Source: Mobula hypostoma (Eukaryota). Taken from it: a stretch of 64,000 nucleotides of DNA. The position numbers and the translations under genes were made by a program. Every line of letters starts with the position of its first letter. Position 1 is the first letter of the stretch. Below are positions 1-11,664 of this stretch, piece by piece. A model generated the notes under the pieces. It did no database searches, was not told where the DNA came from, and saw only the letters and a list, made by a program, of their open reading frames with translations. The stretch spans positions 4,030,001-4,094,000 of the forward strand of contig NC_086097.1 in the NCBI RefSeq assembly GCF_963921235.1, written 5' to 3'.

Positions 1-1493
1 TAAGAATAGTGACAGATCTCTACGGGGTGAAGAGACTGGTCATGAGTTGCAAGGTATCACAGGCACACAGATGGTGAGGCAGTGGAGGAGCTTCCTGACC
101 AAAGTCAGTAACAAAAGTAGTCTCATTAGATTCATAGTCCATGAATGGAGGAAGGCAGAGTACAGAGCAAAGCCACAGGAGAAGATTCTGTATGCAACTG
201 TGAATGACAAATGTTACAGAATCACATCTCAAGGCAGTGAGGAGGTGTCAGCTCTTCAGTGTCAACACTGTGCCGCCTACTTCTCCATGCTGCCCATGCC
301 ACGAGAGGGATACCAATCTGTAGTGATCTGCTCAGAAAACACAGATGTCTTTATCATGAATTTAGCATTTTGTGACAAGATTGAGGCCCCATTGTTCCAG
401 AAGTGTGGCACTAGAACCCGTACAAGGCTTGTAGACATCAGGAAGGTTGCTGCCACTGTTGGCATAGAGGGCTCTCATCGGGTTGCACGCATATACAGGA
501 TGTGACACTGTAAGCGCTTTTGCAGGCAAAGGGAAGACAAGTGCCCTAAAACTTCTGACCAGCAACAGGGAAACTCAGGACACATTCTTGAAGTTGGGTC
601 AGGAATGGGACCTCTCCCCAGAACTGATGGACAAATTTTCTGTGCCAAAAAAGGGTGAAATCGAAAGTCATCAACTCCCACCATGCAAAGACTGCTTAAC
701 AAAACATGCACAGCGAGCCAACTGCCAGGCTGGTATATGGAGAAGATGTTTGGAGAAGGACCCACAAGCGCCAAGCCCTGTTGGCAGAGGATGGAAGATG
801 GAGAGAGAAGAGGAAGCTGAACAGTTGGTGGTGCACTGGATGGAAGGCCAGCCAGCACCCGATGCCGTCCTGGATCTACTGGCCTGTAACTGTCCAAAAA
901 AATGTTCCCTCCCAAGATGTATGTGTGTTGCAAATGGCCTCAGGTGTACTGACATGTGTAGACTGGCAGACTGTGAGAACCAGGCATCCACCTCAGAGTG
1001 TGGAAAGTTCAGGCGAAGATGTGGAAGACTTGGAAAATTATTATGATTATTAATAGGTTATGAAAGTATGGAAAACAAAGTATGGAAAGCAGTCTTTGAT
1101 TAAGTATATTCATTTTACAACCAAATGGGGCCTAGGTTATGGCCGTGTGGAACCCCACATTTGTTATTGTACAGTAATTCTACATGCTATGACAAAAGCT
1201 TAAGATTGTTTTGATTTGATACAACAAAATGGAAAATATCATGACATTGATAAAACAGAAATCTCTCCAAATGAGGTGTTTTACCTTTTGGGGGGTGGGG
1301 TAACATTTTCTGCTGTACTGATGTTAATATGGAATATATACGAAAACTGATTACTTATTTGAAGTAATAAAGCTACCACTGGTGCAATGCTATCACATAT
1401 TTTCTAACACTGGAGATGTATACCTTGCCAAAAATCACTATGAGCATTATTCCCCTCAGATGGTACCGACCAACCCTACTGGCTCACGGACTA
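1..1493 (+). mobile_element. Academ (AcademX-type) DNA transposon, 3' part, degraded; truncated by the window edge
   Basis: Frameshifted ORFs 47-505 and 483-1046 carry XPG/PIN-like motifs (xTDVFI, HAYTGCDTVSAFAGKGK H3TH), 'LPPCKDCLTKHAQRANCQAGIW' and a C-terminal Cys-rich finger (CNCPKKCSLPRCMCVANGLRCTDMCRLADCEN). The putative terminus ...GGCTCACGGACTA at 1493 fits the TAG..CTA ends described for Academ. Confidence 0.7.
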
Positions 1494-1576
1494 ACAGATG
1501 TAGTTACCACGGAGACTAAGGTCTCTGAGAGTTCCCATATCTTGCACAAAGAAAATACTACAACCTCTGGATTCAT

Positions 1577-1661
1577 GCAACACACATAAAAGTTGCTGGT
1601 GAACGCAGCAGGCCAGGCAGCATCTATTGGAGGAGGTACCGTCGACGTTTCGGGCCGAGAC
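1577..1661 (-). repeat. Penelope-like pseudo-LTR (pLTR) fragment with a truncated hammerhead
   Basis: Matches the terminal sequence of the Penelope copies at 19380-19465, 43590-43674 and 47804-47937 (gcaacacaca..aaagttgctggtgaacgcagcaggccaggcagcatct). Confidence 0.85.
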
Positions 1662-2149
1662 ATTCTCAGTGCACTAGCTATGTATTAACACAAAAAACAC
1701 AACATTTTGCCTTTTGGTGCACTTAGTTTACATAACTAGTTTGCTCACAGCTGTGTCAGCTTTCTATCAGTGTTTCAAGGTCTCTGATATTGGAGTGTTA
1801 AAAGAATACTTGGAAGATGCATGACACTCCTAGATTGCCGCTGATCTGTTTTTATTTCTGTATCATTACTCAATGGAAAGTTTTAAAAATACTATTTCAG
1901 GTATGTACGTTATTTTCTTGTTATGTAATATGAAATATTCATCTGTTTCATTGGTTCTATAATATTTAATCACTTAAGTTTCAAATTTTCCTTTTACCCA
2001 TGTTAGTCATGAAATGTAGATTTTGTAGTTTTTAGACTTGGCTACTTGTGATTGAGATGGAGAAGACTACCATTCTGTTTCTTGAAAATATCTACTCAAT
2101 AGAATACAAGGCTATATTGGAACTATGTTGAACACTATTGTTCAATTTC

Positions 2150-2600
2150 AAGTTTGTTGAATGTCAATTCCAGTACACAAGTGTAAAGAATGAAATAATT
2201 GTTACTCCAGGTCTGATGTAACAGAAAATAACACTATAAGATTTAAAAATGCAGTAATTAAAAGAAGAATGATTATATATGTAAATACAAAAGATAGCTT
2301 GTATACATAGATTGATTGTATTCCATAAAGTGACACTAGGCACACGAGTGTCTGTACATAAGGTGACTCTGAAAGGAAATGATAAAGTAGTGGTAGTGGG
2401 GGGGGGAGTGTGGAGGGGTGGGTTAATGGGTGGAGGTGTTGATCAGCCTTATTGCTTAGGGAAAGTAACTGTTTTTAAGTCTGGTGGTCCTGATGTGGAT
2501 GCTACATAGGTTCCTCCCTGATGAGAGTGGACAAACAGACCACAAGTAGGGTATTGCTAGCCTTTTGCTGGTACCTTTCTGTATTTATGTCCTTGACGGC
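2150..2600 (-). repeat. LINE (Rex1/L2-type) 3' UTR fragment
   Basis: Clearly similar to 32790-33200 (aatgtca.ttccagtacacaagtgtaaag..., tgtacataa.gt.act...). Confidence 0.6.
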
Positions 2601-3044
2601 AGGATGAACGTACTGTTGTTCTATGTAAGGATTATTTCTTTGCCTGATAACAATATTATAAATATTTATTGTTTCTTACTTCTCAAAGCAATAAAATGCA
2701 AGACAGGCATAAAAGTTGTCATGTTGTTTTTGTATCATTCGTTTGGACAATGAAACAATCCAATCTTGCGCTTATTTGTTCATCTGATACATTTGCACTT
2801 CTTGCTTTTTGCTTTCCCAGGATTTGTGACATTCATTTGCTGATGCAATTGCAAGAATTTAGAATGGAGACAAAAGGCAATATGTTTCAATGGTGACCAA
2901 CAACTGGTTACAAAATGTATAGACTAGACATCTCTCCAAGAATATGAGCAAGTTCATCATGCACTGAATATTGACCTTTATTGCTGGATGATTTTAATGC
3001 ATCACATTGAATTCATATTGTCTTGATGAAATAATACCTGGAAT

Positions 3045-3625
3045 AAGACCGTAGATCACAGGACCAGAATTAGGCCATTTGGCCCATCGAGTCTGCTCTG
3101 CCATTGCACCATAGCTGATTTATTATCCCCCTTAACTCCATTCTCCTGCCTTCATGCCGTAACCTTTGACACCCTAACTAATCAAGAACCTATCAACCAC
3201 CACTTTAAATATACCCAAACACATAGCAATGAATTCCACAGATTCGCCAACATTTGCCTAAAGAATTTTTCCTCATCTCTGTTCTAAATGAGCATCCGTC
3301 TGTTCTGAGGCTCTGCCCTCTTGTCCTAGACTCTCCCACAATAGGAGATATCCTCTCCACATCCATTCTATCTAAGACTTTCAATATTTGATAGGTTTCA
3401 ATAAGATCCTCCTCATTCTTCTGAACTCCAGTGAGTAGAGGCACAGAGTCATCAAACTCTTCTCATGGTAACCCTTTCTTTCCCAGAATCATTCTTGTGA
3501 ACCTTCTCTTGCTCCTCTTCAATGCCAGCACTTTCCTAAATTGCTCACAATATTTGATAACCAATGACTTATAAACCCTCGGCATTACATCTTTGCTTTT
3601 ATATTCTAGTCCTCTCAAACTGAGG
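3045..3625 (-). mobile_element. CR1 LINE 3' fragment
   Basis: The minus strand encodes the CR1 ORF2 C-terminus (DLIETYQIL..GESRTRGQSLR) followed by the 3' UTR shared with other CR1 copies. Confidence 0.85.
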
Positions 3626-3899
3626 ACTATAATAGTTCAACATTCAAATTAAATTTATTACCAAGGTATGTACCTGCATATGTTAGCATATACTACCTTC
3701 AGATACATTTACTTTCAGGCATTTACAGGAAAATGAAAGCATTCCAGAATTTATGAACAATCTATACTTACATAAAGATTGAAATACAAGTAATGTGCAA
3801 AAGACAAATTGTTCAAAAAACTAAGAACATGAGCTGTAAAGAGTACTTCAAATTGAGTCTATAGGTCATAGAATATTATGTGTAGGTTTACTTAAGCAA

Positions 3900-4308
3900 T
3901 GAAGTAAAAGAAATAAAATGAAAGTGTACCAGTTTGATTCCAAGAAATAGGGGTTTGTCCTGTGAGCAGCGATTGTGTAGATTGGGTCTATACTTCAAAT
4001 CACCTTTCCGTCTTCTAAATTAATTGAAATGTACAAAGTGCTTACTCAGTCTGACAGATTGTGTGGAAATATTGTTTCCACTGCTGGGATGTCCAGAGTA
4101 AGGGATCATGGATTCAAAATAGGAGGTCAGAGATTCAGGACTGAGATGAGAAGAAATGTCTTCACCCTAGGGTATTGAATCTGGAACTCTATTTGAAAGA
4201 CTGATTGATAGATATTTGAATGTTAAAGGAATCAAAGGATTTGCAGGGAGTGCGGGAAAGTGTGTGGTGGTAAAGGGTGAGGCTTGGTCATATTGAATTG
4301 CGTATCAG
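3900..4308 (+). mobile_element. Highly decayed CR1 3' fragment
   Basis: Remnants such as ttcaggactgagatgagaagaaat.tcttcacc match CR1 C-terminal coding DNA. Confidence 0.55.
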
Positions 4309-4511
4309 ACAAGTTCAAGTTTATTGTCACCTGACTGTACAGACAGTATATACAACTAAATGGAACAATGTTCCTCCTGACCACAGTGCACCTGCAAAAC
4401 ATATATCACACACAGCACATATAGTTGCAAGAAAAATTTTGTGAACCCTTTGCAATTACCTGGTTTTCTGCATCAGTTACTCATAAAATGAAGTCTGATC
4501 TTTATGTACGT

Positions 4512-4757
4512 TGTAGCCACGCGCAAATGCGCTACTAAAGAAACAACGGAGGCAGAGAGAGCTGAACTCAGAATACCTTTACTGATTCAAAATTACATGC
4601 TTAAATCTCCCCTCCCATGGGCCCCTGCGACCCGTGGGGCGGACGTGACGTCAGACTGTCCCCGGAAGGTTTGCCCCGAGGGGGTAGTTCCAAATGCGCT
4701 ACTGAGTGCCCGCAGCTCCCGATGGCGGTTCGAGTCCCGCATGTGCGGGCCGCCACA
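4512..4757 (-). repeat. 3' LTR of the Gypsy element (246 bp)
   Basis: Direct repeat of 8904-9154, with roughly 30 substitutions by eye plus two indels. Confidence 0.95.
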
Positions 4758-4764
4758 CCACACC

Positions 4765-5231
4765 CACGAGGACATACCCGACCAAAACGTTCCCACGGAG
4801 GGCTTCCAGACCGTTCGGGCTGACCGGAAGTGCACTGAGAGTGGTAAGCGTAAAGGAGGAGGGCTTGCTGTTCTGGTTAACAACAGATGGTGCAATCCTG
4901 GTCATATTACGATCAAGGAACTTGCTTGTAGCCTGGATATTGAACTTTTTGCTGTTGGACTCCGGCCATATTCCACCGAGATGCAACACTGGGCGTCATG
5001 GAAGGTTGTTCCTGCCTGTGGCCATCGAACTTTGCAGCTCCTCCTGTGGAGGGTCAGACACCCTGAGCCAATAGGCGGGTCCTGGACTTATTTCCATCTG
5101 ACATAGTTTGCATATTGTTGTTTGATAGTTTGTGGTTTTGTATTGCTATACTTATGCTCTATTCTTGGTTGGTGCAGCTGTAACGAAACCCAATTTCCCT
5201 TGGGATCAATAAAGTATGTCTATCTATCTAT
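4765..5231 (+). mobile_element. Rex1-type LINE, internally deleted, inserted in the Gypsy polypurine tract
   Basis: An AP-endonuclease piece (HEDIPDQNV..GFQTVRADR..GGGLAVLVNNRWC) is joined to a 3' end with AATAAA and a (TATC)n tail. Flanked by CACACC at 4759-4764 and 5232-5237. Confidence 0.8.
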
Positions 5232-8200
5232 CACACCTCCCAGAAATGTCCATCGGGGGAGTGGAGCCCCCAGTCTGTGTGGCTTGCCTGGGTGGCCAGC
5301 CTTGCCGGCACGGTGCGGGTACCCTCACTGGTTCCTCAATGTCCAAGAGCGCCGGTTTGAGGCGGTCCACTGTAAAAGTCTCTTCCCAGCCACCCACCTT
5401 CACGACACACGTGGTTCCGTTGTGCTGGATCGCCCTGAAGGGTCCCTCGTACGGCTGCTGTAGAGGCGACCTGTGCATGCCCCTGCGAATAAAAACATAC
5501 TCACAGTCTCGGAGGTCTTTAGGGTGAAGGACCAGGGAAGCTCATCTGTCCAGTTGGGGCCCCTGAGGCGCGTCATCAGGGCGGACTGGAGATCCCACTG
5601 GAATCGCTGTACCAAACCGTTGGACTGGGGATGGTACGTTGTGGTGGGATGTAGCTGGGTGCCCAGGAGCTGCGCCAGTGCTGTCCTCACACCAGATGTG
5701 AACTGCGCCCCTCTGTCGGAGGTGATGTCCGTTGGGAGGCCGAACCTGGCGATCCAGTTCGCAATGAGCGTCCTGGCGCAGGACTCTGGACGTGTCTGCG
5801 AGTGGTATGGCTTCCGGCCATCTGGTGAACCTGTCTACCACGGTAAAAATATACCTGGCGCCCCGGGAGACTGGCAGGGGGCCGACGATGTCCACGTGGA
5901 TGTGTTGGAGCCTCCTGTGCGTCGGCTGGAACTGCTGGAGGGGAGCCTTCACGTGCCGCTGGACTTTGGCGGTCTGGCAGTGTACGCAGGTCCTGTCCCA
6001 GTGTCCGACCTGTTTGTGCAAACCGTGCCAGACGAATCTGTCTGCTACCAGCTTGATGGACGCCCGGATGGACGAGTGAGCCAGGTCGTGCAGCGTGTGG
6101 AACACCTGGCGCCTCCATGCTGCTGGTACCACGGGTCGGGGTTTGCCGGTAGACACATCGCACAGGAGTCGATCCGCTGCCAGGCCGATGGAGACGTCCT
6201 CCAACTGGAGCCCCGAAACAGTGGTGCGGTAAGCTGGGATCTCGGGTGTCCGACCGTTGTGGTTCTGCCAGTGCTGCGTAGTGTATTCCTGAGGATGATA
6301 TGCCTACTGAATGGAGGCAGGGGTGAGACAGTGTGTTGGTGATGACATTGTTCTTCTCTGCGATGTGGCGGACGTCCGTGGTGAATTCTGATATAAAGGA
6401 CAGGTGCCTCTGCTGCCGAGCCGACCATGGGTCTGATGCCTTGCCCAGTGCGAAGGTGAGGGGCTTGTGGTCCGTATACACAGTGAACTCCCTTTCCTCG
6501 AGGAAGTACCGGAAATGCCGGACAGCCAGGTAGAGCGCTAGCAACTCTCTGTCGAAAGTGCTGTACTTCACCTCTGGTGGCCGTAGGTGCAGGCTGAAGA
6601 AAGCGAGTGGTCGCCACTGGTCTTCGACGAGCTGCTCCAGGATTGCTGACTGCCATGTTGGAAGCGTCGACTGTGAGTGCCGTGGGTACATCGACTCTCG
6701 AGTGCACTAGGAGGGCCGCCTTTGCCAGCGCTTCCTTGGCCTGCTCGAACGCCTCTGTGGACTGCATGCCACTTCAGGCTGAACAAGGGTCTCATGATGC
6801 GTGCCGCCGTCGGCACGAACCGATGATAAAAATTGACAATCCTTATGAACTCCTGCAGGCCCTTGACTGTGCTGGGCTTGGGGAACTGGCGAATGGCCTA
6901 GACTTTGTCCGGTAGGGGAACTGCGCCATGTCAGTTGACTCTGTGGCCCAAGAAGTCGATCTATGTCAGCCCGAACTGGCACTTCACCGGATTGATTGCC
7001 ATTCCATGGTCGCTCAGGCGTTGGCAGAGCTGGCGCAAATGTGCCACGTGCTCTTGGTGTGAACTGCTGGCCACCAGGATATCGTCCAAGTAAATGAAAA
7101 CAAAATCCAGGCCACTTCCCACCGAGTCCATGTGCCTTTGGAAAGTTTGGGCTGCATTCTTGAGACCAAAAGGCATCCTCAGGAATTCGAACAAGCCGAA
7201 CGGGGTGATGAGGGCTGTCTTGGGCATGTCGTTGGGGTGCACTGGGATCTGATGGTATCCCCTGACCAGGTCGATTTTCGAGAAGATGGTCGCTCTGAGC
7301 AGGTTCGCCGTGAAGTTCTGGATGTGGGGTACTGGATATCTGTCGATGGTTGTGGCGTCGTTGAGCCTTCTGTAGTCTCCGCAGGGCCTCCATCCTCCTG
7401 CGGAGTTGGGCACCATGTGCAGCGGGGATGCCCACGGGCTGTCTGAGCAGCATCCGATTTCCATCCCTCCCATCCTACTGAACTCCTGCTTGGCGAGGTA
7501 GAGCTTGTCAGGTGGGAGGCTGCGAGCTCAGGCGTGCAGCGGCGGTCCTTGCGTGGGGATGTGGTGCTGCGCGCCGTTTTTGGGGTCGGCCATGGAGAAC
7601 TGCGGGGTACGTCGGAATACTGATGCCATTTGCAGCGGTGAGTTCGGGGCCTGGGACTGCGTTACGAGTGTCCATGTTCGAGGGGGCGAGTAGGGGTCGG
7701 CCATGGAGAACTGCAGGGTGGCTATGGAGGGGAATTCCGCCAACACCCTGGCGAATTCGTTACCCGAGAGAGTCACGGAATCCAGTTGGAGGGCTGGTGG
7801 CTTGGCTTCTCCAAGCTGGAAAGTCTGGAATGTCTCAGCGTGGACCAAACGCCAGCCTTTTAGGTCGACCAGGAGGCAGTTGGCTCGTAGGAAATCTGCC
7901 CCTAGTAGTGGCTGTGACACCACTGCCAACGTGAAAGTCCAAGTGAAACAGCTGGACCTGAAATGCAGTGAGATAGTTCGGGAACCGTATGTCCGAATAC
8001 TGGTGCCATTTGCAGCGGTGAGTTCGGGGCCTGAGACCGCGTTATGAGTGTCCATGTTTGAGGGGGTGAGTACGCTGACTTCGGCCCCGCTGTCTACCAG
8101 GAAGCGCTGCCCAGAGTGTCGGTCCCAGAGGTACGGGAGGCTGTCTCGGTGGCCAGCTGTCGTACCCATTAGTGATGGCTGGCCCTGGCGTTTCCCGGAA

Positions 8201-8889
8201 AAGCACATGGTGGACGGCAGCAGCACGCACCTGAGCCCCATCTTTGGTGATAGAACACCATTGTTCCGAACTTTCGTCTTTTTCCCCCGAGGATCTCGAT
8301 GGCTTCGGTTGCGGGACCTGGGGTTTGGGGCGCGCGATCGTGGCTAGGCCAATTGAGGCTGCTCCATGTTGTTTGCTCTGCCAAAGGACGTCTGCTTGAG
8401 CTGCGACCCTACGTGGGTCGCTGAAATCCTCACTTGCGGGGGGGGGGGGCGAATGTCCTCTGGCATTTGCTCAAGGAACATCTGTTCAAATAAAAGGCAT
8501 GGCTTATGGCCATCCATGAGCGCCAGCATATCATTCATGAGCTCGGATGGCGTGCGGTCGCCCAGGCCGTCCATGTGTAGGAGCTGCGCGGCCCGTTCAC
8601 GGCGGGAGAGTCCGAAGGTACGGATCAGGGGCACCTTAAGCTTTGTGTACCTGTCCTCCGTTGGTGGCTGGCGTAGGAAGTCGATGATCCGGCCTGCCGT
8701 CTCCTGGTCGAGCGTACTGACCACGTAGTAGTACCGCGTGGCGTCGGCTGTCTCTGATATTGAACTGGGCCTCAGCCTGCTCGAACCAAACGTGGGGCTG
8801 AGTGGCCCAGAAAGTTGGGAGCTTCAGAGAGACCGCGCTGTGCGAGTTGCTCGAACTCATGGCTGGTCGCTGAGTCGCCAACTCCAGAT

Positions 8890-8902
8890 GCCGGGGTCAC
8901 CA
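8890..8902 (-). promoter_or_regulatory. Primer-binding site, tRNA-Trp type
   Basis: The minus strand reads TGGTGACCCCGGC one base after the LTR. The tRNA-Trp PBS is TGGTGACCCCGAC. Confidence 0.85.
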
Positions 8903-8903
8903 A

Positions 8904-9154
8904 TGTAGTTGCACGCAAATGTGCTACTAAAGAAACACATGGAGGCAGAGACAGCTGAACTCAGAATGCCTTTACTGATTCAAAATCGCACGCTTAAATC
9001 TCCCCTCCCATGGGCTCCTGCGACCCGCGGGGCGGACATGATGTCAGACTGTCCCCGGAAGCTCCGCCCCGAGCAGGTAGTTCCAGACGCGCTACCGCGT
9101 GTCTGCCCGCGGCTCCTGATGGCAGTTCGAGTCCCGCGTGTGCGGGCTGCCACA
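8904..9154 (-). repeat. 5' LTR of the Gypsy element (251 bp)
   Basis: TGTAG...CCACA on the plus strand; direct repeat of 4512-4757; abuts the PBS. Confidence 0.95.
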
Positions 9155-9434
9155 ACGTCAAAATAATAGAGAAACGCAATCTGCCTAAGCTAATAACATG
9201 CAAACAATTGTACTACTTCTCGTTATTACTGAGTACACTTTTTAAACAATCACAGTCAAGCTTCAAAAAAAGTATGTGAACCTCTGGGGTAATGCCTTCT
9301 ACAAAATCTATTTGGAGTCACGTGTTCCAATCAATGAGATGAGATTGGAGATGTGGGTTGTAGAGGTGCCCTGCCCTATAAAAAAGACAAAATCAGAGCC
9401 TGTGCCTCTCAAGAAAGATCTCTTTATGAGCACC

Positions 9435-9992
9435 ATGCCTTGATCAACACAACTTTCAGAGGAACTTAGAAGAAAGGTTCTTGAGATGCATGAAGTTGGA
9501 AAAGACTACAAAAACATTTCTGTGAAGCTTGGTGGAAGGAGCATCATGGTTTGGGGCTGCTTTGCCTCCTCAGGGCCTGGACAGCTTGGAATTATTTTGA
9601 AAACAATAAATTCAAAATTGTGTCAAGACATTTTACAGAAGAATGTCAAGGTAGTGGTCCGTCAGCTCTAGCTTAATAGAAGTTGGTTGATGCAACAAAA
9701 CAATGATCCAAAACACAGCCGTAAATCAACCACAGAATGGTATAAAAAGAAGAAAATTTGTGTTTTGGAATAGCCAAATCGGAGTCCAGACCTTAACCCA
9801 ATTGAGATGCTGTGGCATGACCTGAAGAGGGCTGTTCATAAAAGGTGTCCCAGAAATATTGATGAACTAAAGCAGTTTTGTATGAAGGAATGGTCTAAAA
9901 TTCCTCAAAGCCAATGTGCAGGAGAGATCAACAGTTACTGGAAATGTTTGGTTGAAATTATTGCTATACAAGGAAGTCACAACAGTTACTAA
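9435..9992 (+). pseudogene. Tc1 DDE transposase remnant
   Basis: N-terminal ..LSEELRRKVLEMHEVGKDYKNIS is fused by deletion to VKLGGRSIMVWGCF, then QQNNDPKH and SPDLNPIEMLWHDLKRAV. Several stops are present. Confidence 0.85.
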
Positions 9993-10325
9993 AAGCAAAG
10001 TTTTGCATACTTATTCCAACAAATGTATGTAATATTGGATAATTTTTCTCAATAAATAAATGAATAATTTTTTTTGTGCTATTTATTCAATTGGGTTCTC
10101 TTTATCTAGTTTTAGAACTTAAATATGAAGATCATATTTAAGTCATATTTATGCAGAAACAGAGAAAATTCTGAAGGCTTCACAAACTTTCTAGCATCAT
10201 TTTAAAACAAAATATTGCCACAAATAAGTTAATAAAATAAGACCACCTATCCCAACTCTAACTGTTCCCACAACCAACAGACTCACTTTCAAGGACTCTT
10301 CATCTCATGTTTTCCATTTATTTCA

Positions 10326-11130
10326 ATAGGTTTCATTAGTTTTCAATAGATGCATTTAATGTCACAGAAATGTGTACAATATACATCCTGAAAAGCTTTT
10401 TCTTTGCAGACATCCATGAAAACAGAGGAGTGCCCCAAAGAATGAATGACAGTTACTACGTTAGAACCCCAAAGACCCCCAACTCCCCCCTCCCACACAC
10501 AAGCAGCAGCAAGGCAATGACCCCCCCACCCCAGCACAAAAGTATCAGCACCCTCCACCAAGCACTCATGCATGCAGCATTAAAGACACAGACTTGTAGT
10601 ACCCAAAAACTACATGTTCACCGCATAATTTGACATACCACAGGCTCTCTCTCTCCCTAATAAGGGAAAAAGAGGTGAGAGGGGAGACATAACAAAACAA
10701 CTCGTTGATTTACGATGTTAAAAGTTTGTTGCGTTGCTTTTTCGAAGCTCAGCACCAGGAAATTTGGCACCAATAAGGTGCAGCTGTCCGGGCACTCAAC
10801 CCACTACTCCCGATGTTCTGGGTTCTGCCGTGATGCTTCAGTTAGAGACCCTGGCGTAGAATCAGCACATCCCCAGAGCCATGAAATCCTGGAACCCTGA
10901 AAGTCTGCTCGTCTTCTTGGCTGTCTCCTTGGGATATCAAAAAGCGACTGGCCGTGAGGCCCTGAGAGTGGGTCCCATTCTCACAAAGGACCAAAGTCAG
11001 AGTGTAACACCAGGTCAGGGTCTTCAAAAGAACCCCTGACACACTGAAAAGGGAAGAAAGAGATTTCAAAGGCAGAAATAAAGTTGTTTTCGAAGATGCA
11101 AGCAAAGGAGTCACTGCTTAGTGCCATCTT
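10326..11130 (-). mobile_element. Non-autonomous LINE-derived/SINE-like element (family A)
   Basis: The minus strand starts AAGATGGC. Homologous to 17303-17995 and 30090-30372. No protein motif. It interrupts another LINE 3' UTR (10240-10320 and 11146-11346). Confidence 0.65.
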
Positions 11131-11664
11131 AATTTCGCGACACCTCCTTTATTATTATTATTTCTTTTTTTCTATTCTATTTGCGCAGTTTGTTGATTTT
11201 TGCACATCGGTTGACTGTCTGTCCTATTGGGGGCTGTTTTTCATTGACGCTATTATGTTTCTTTGAGTTTATTGTGAAAAGCAAATTTCAGGCTTGTATA
11301 TGGTGACATGTATGTACTTCAATAATTAATGACTTTAAACTTTGAATAGTTAATGGTATGTATAATTTCATCACAATTTACTTTGTATTGTTAGTTGTCT
11401 TGAATGTATGGTTGATACTCAGTTATCCAGCATAGTAGGGGGAGCACCTACTTCCCTCTGAATAATTGAAAAATATGGTGTAAAGCAAAATAATTTAAAG
11501 AGTGTTGCTCATTTTCAACATGAATGTTTATTAAAACAGCTGTGCTTGTTCAAGTTTATTGTGATATCATTACCTAGCTTCTCAAGCACTCCAAGTTTCT
11601 TTCCCGGGTATTTCTGTTTACTGGAATTTACAGATCCATTTACAACACAGTATGCCTCTGGAAT

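Larger units (their letters stand above)
4512..9154 (-). mobile_element. Gypsy/Ty3 LTR retrotransposon (CsRn1/Kabuki-like), two-LTR provirus, frameshifted
   Basis: Two TG..CA LTRs and a 4-bp TSD ACGT (4508-4511 and 9155-9158). Domain order on the minus strand is gag (VSLKLPTFWATQPHVWFEQAEAQF; FYHQRWG..C.PPC), protease (FLVDSGAEVS), RT ([12 protein letters not shown]), RNase H (VDAS, ELLALY, VYTDHKPL) and integrase (HDLAH..CVHC, HIHVDIVGPLP, TTTYHPQSNG). Confidence 0.95.
4422..10202 (+). mobile_element. Tc1-like DNA transposon (IR/DR type), internally deleted and split by a Gypsy provirus
   Basis: Degenerate TIRs: tagttgcaagaaaaattttgtgaaccc at 4422 and ggcttcacaaactttctagc near 10176-10195. 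Flanked by TA. An inner direct repeat lies near 9265. Transposase remnants are at 9435-9992. Confidence 0.85.

Noticed and set aside
2821..2896. Strong acceptor (ttttgctttcccag) followed by a short open frame
   Set aside because: The donor is weak and the peptide is unrecognised.
5473..8728. Many long plus-strand and alternative-frame ORFs
   Set aside because: These are shadow ORFs of the GC-rich Gypsy pol/gag and contain no motifs.
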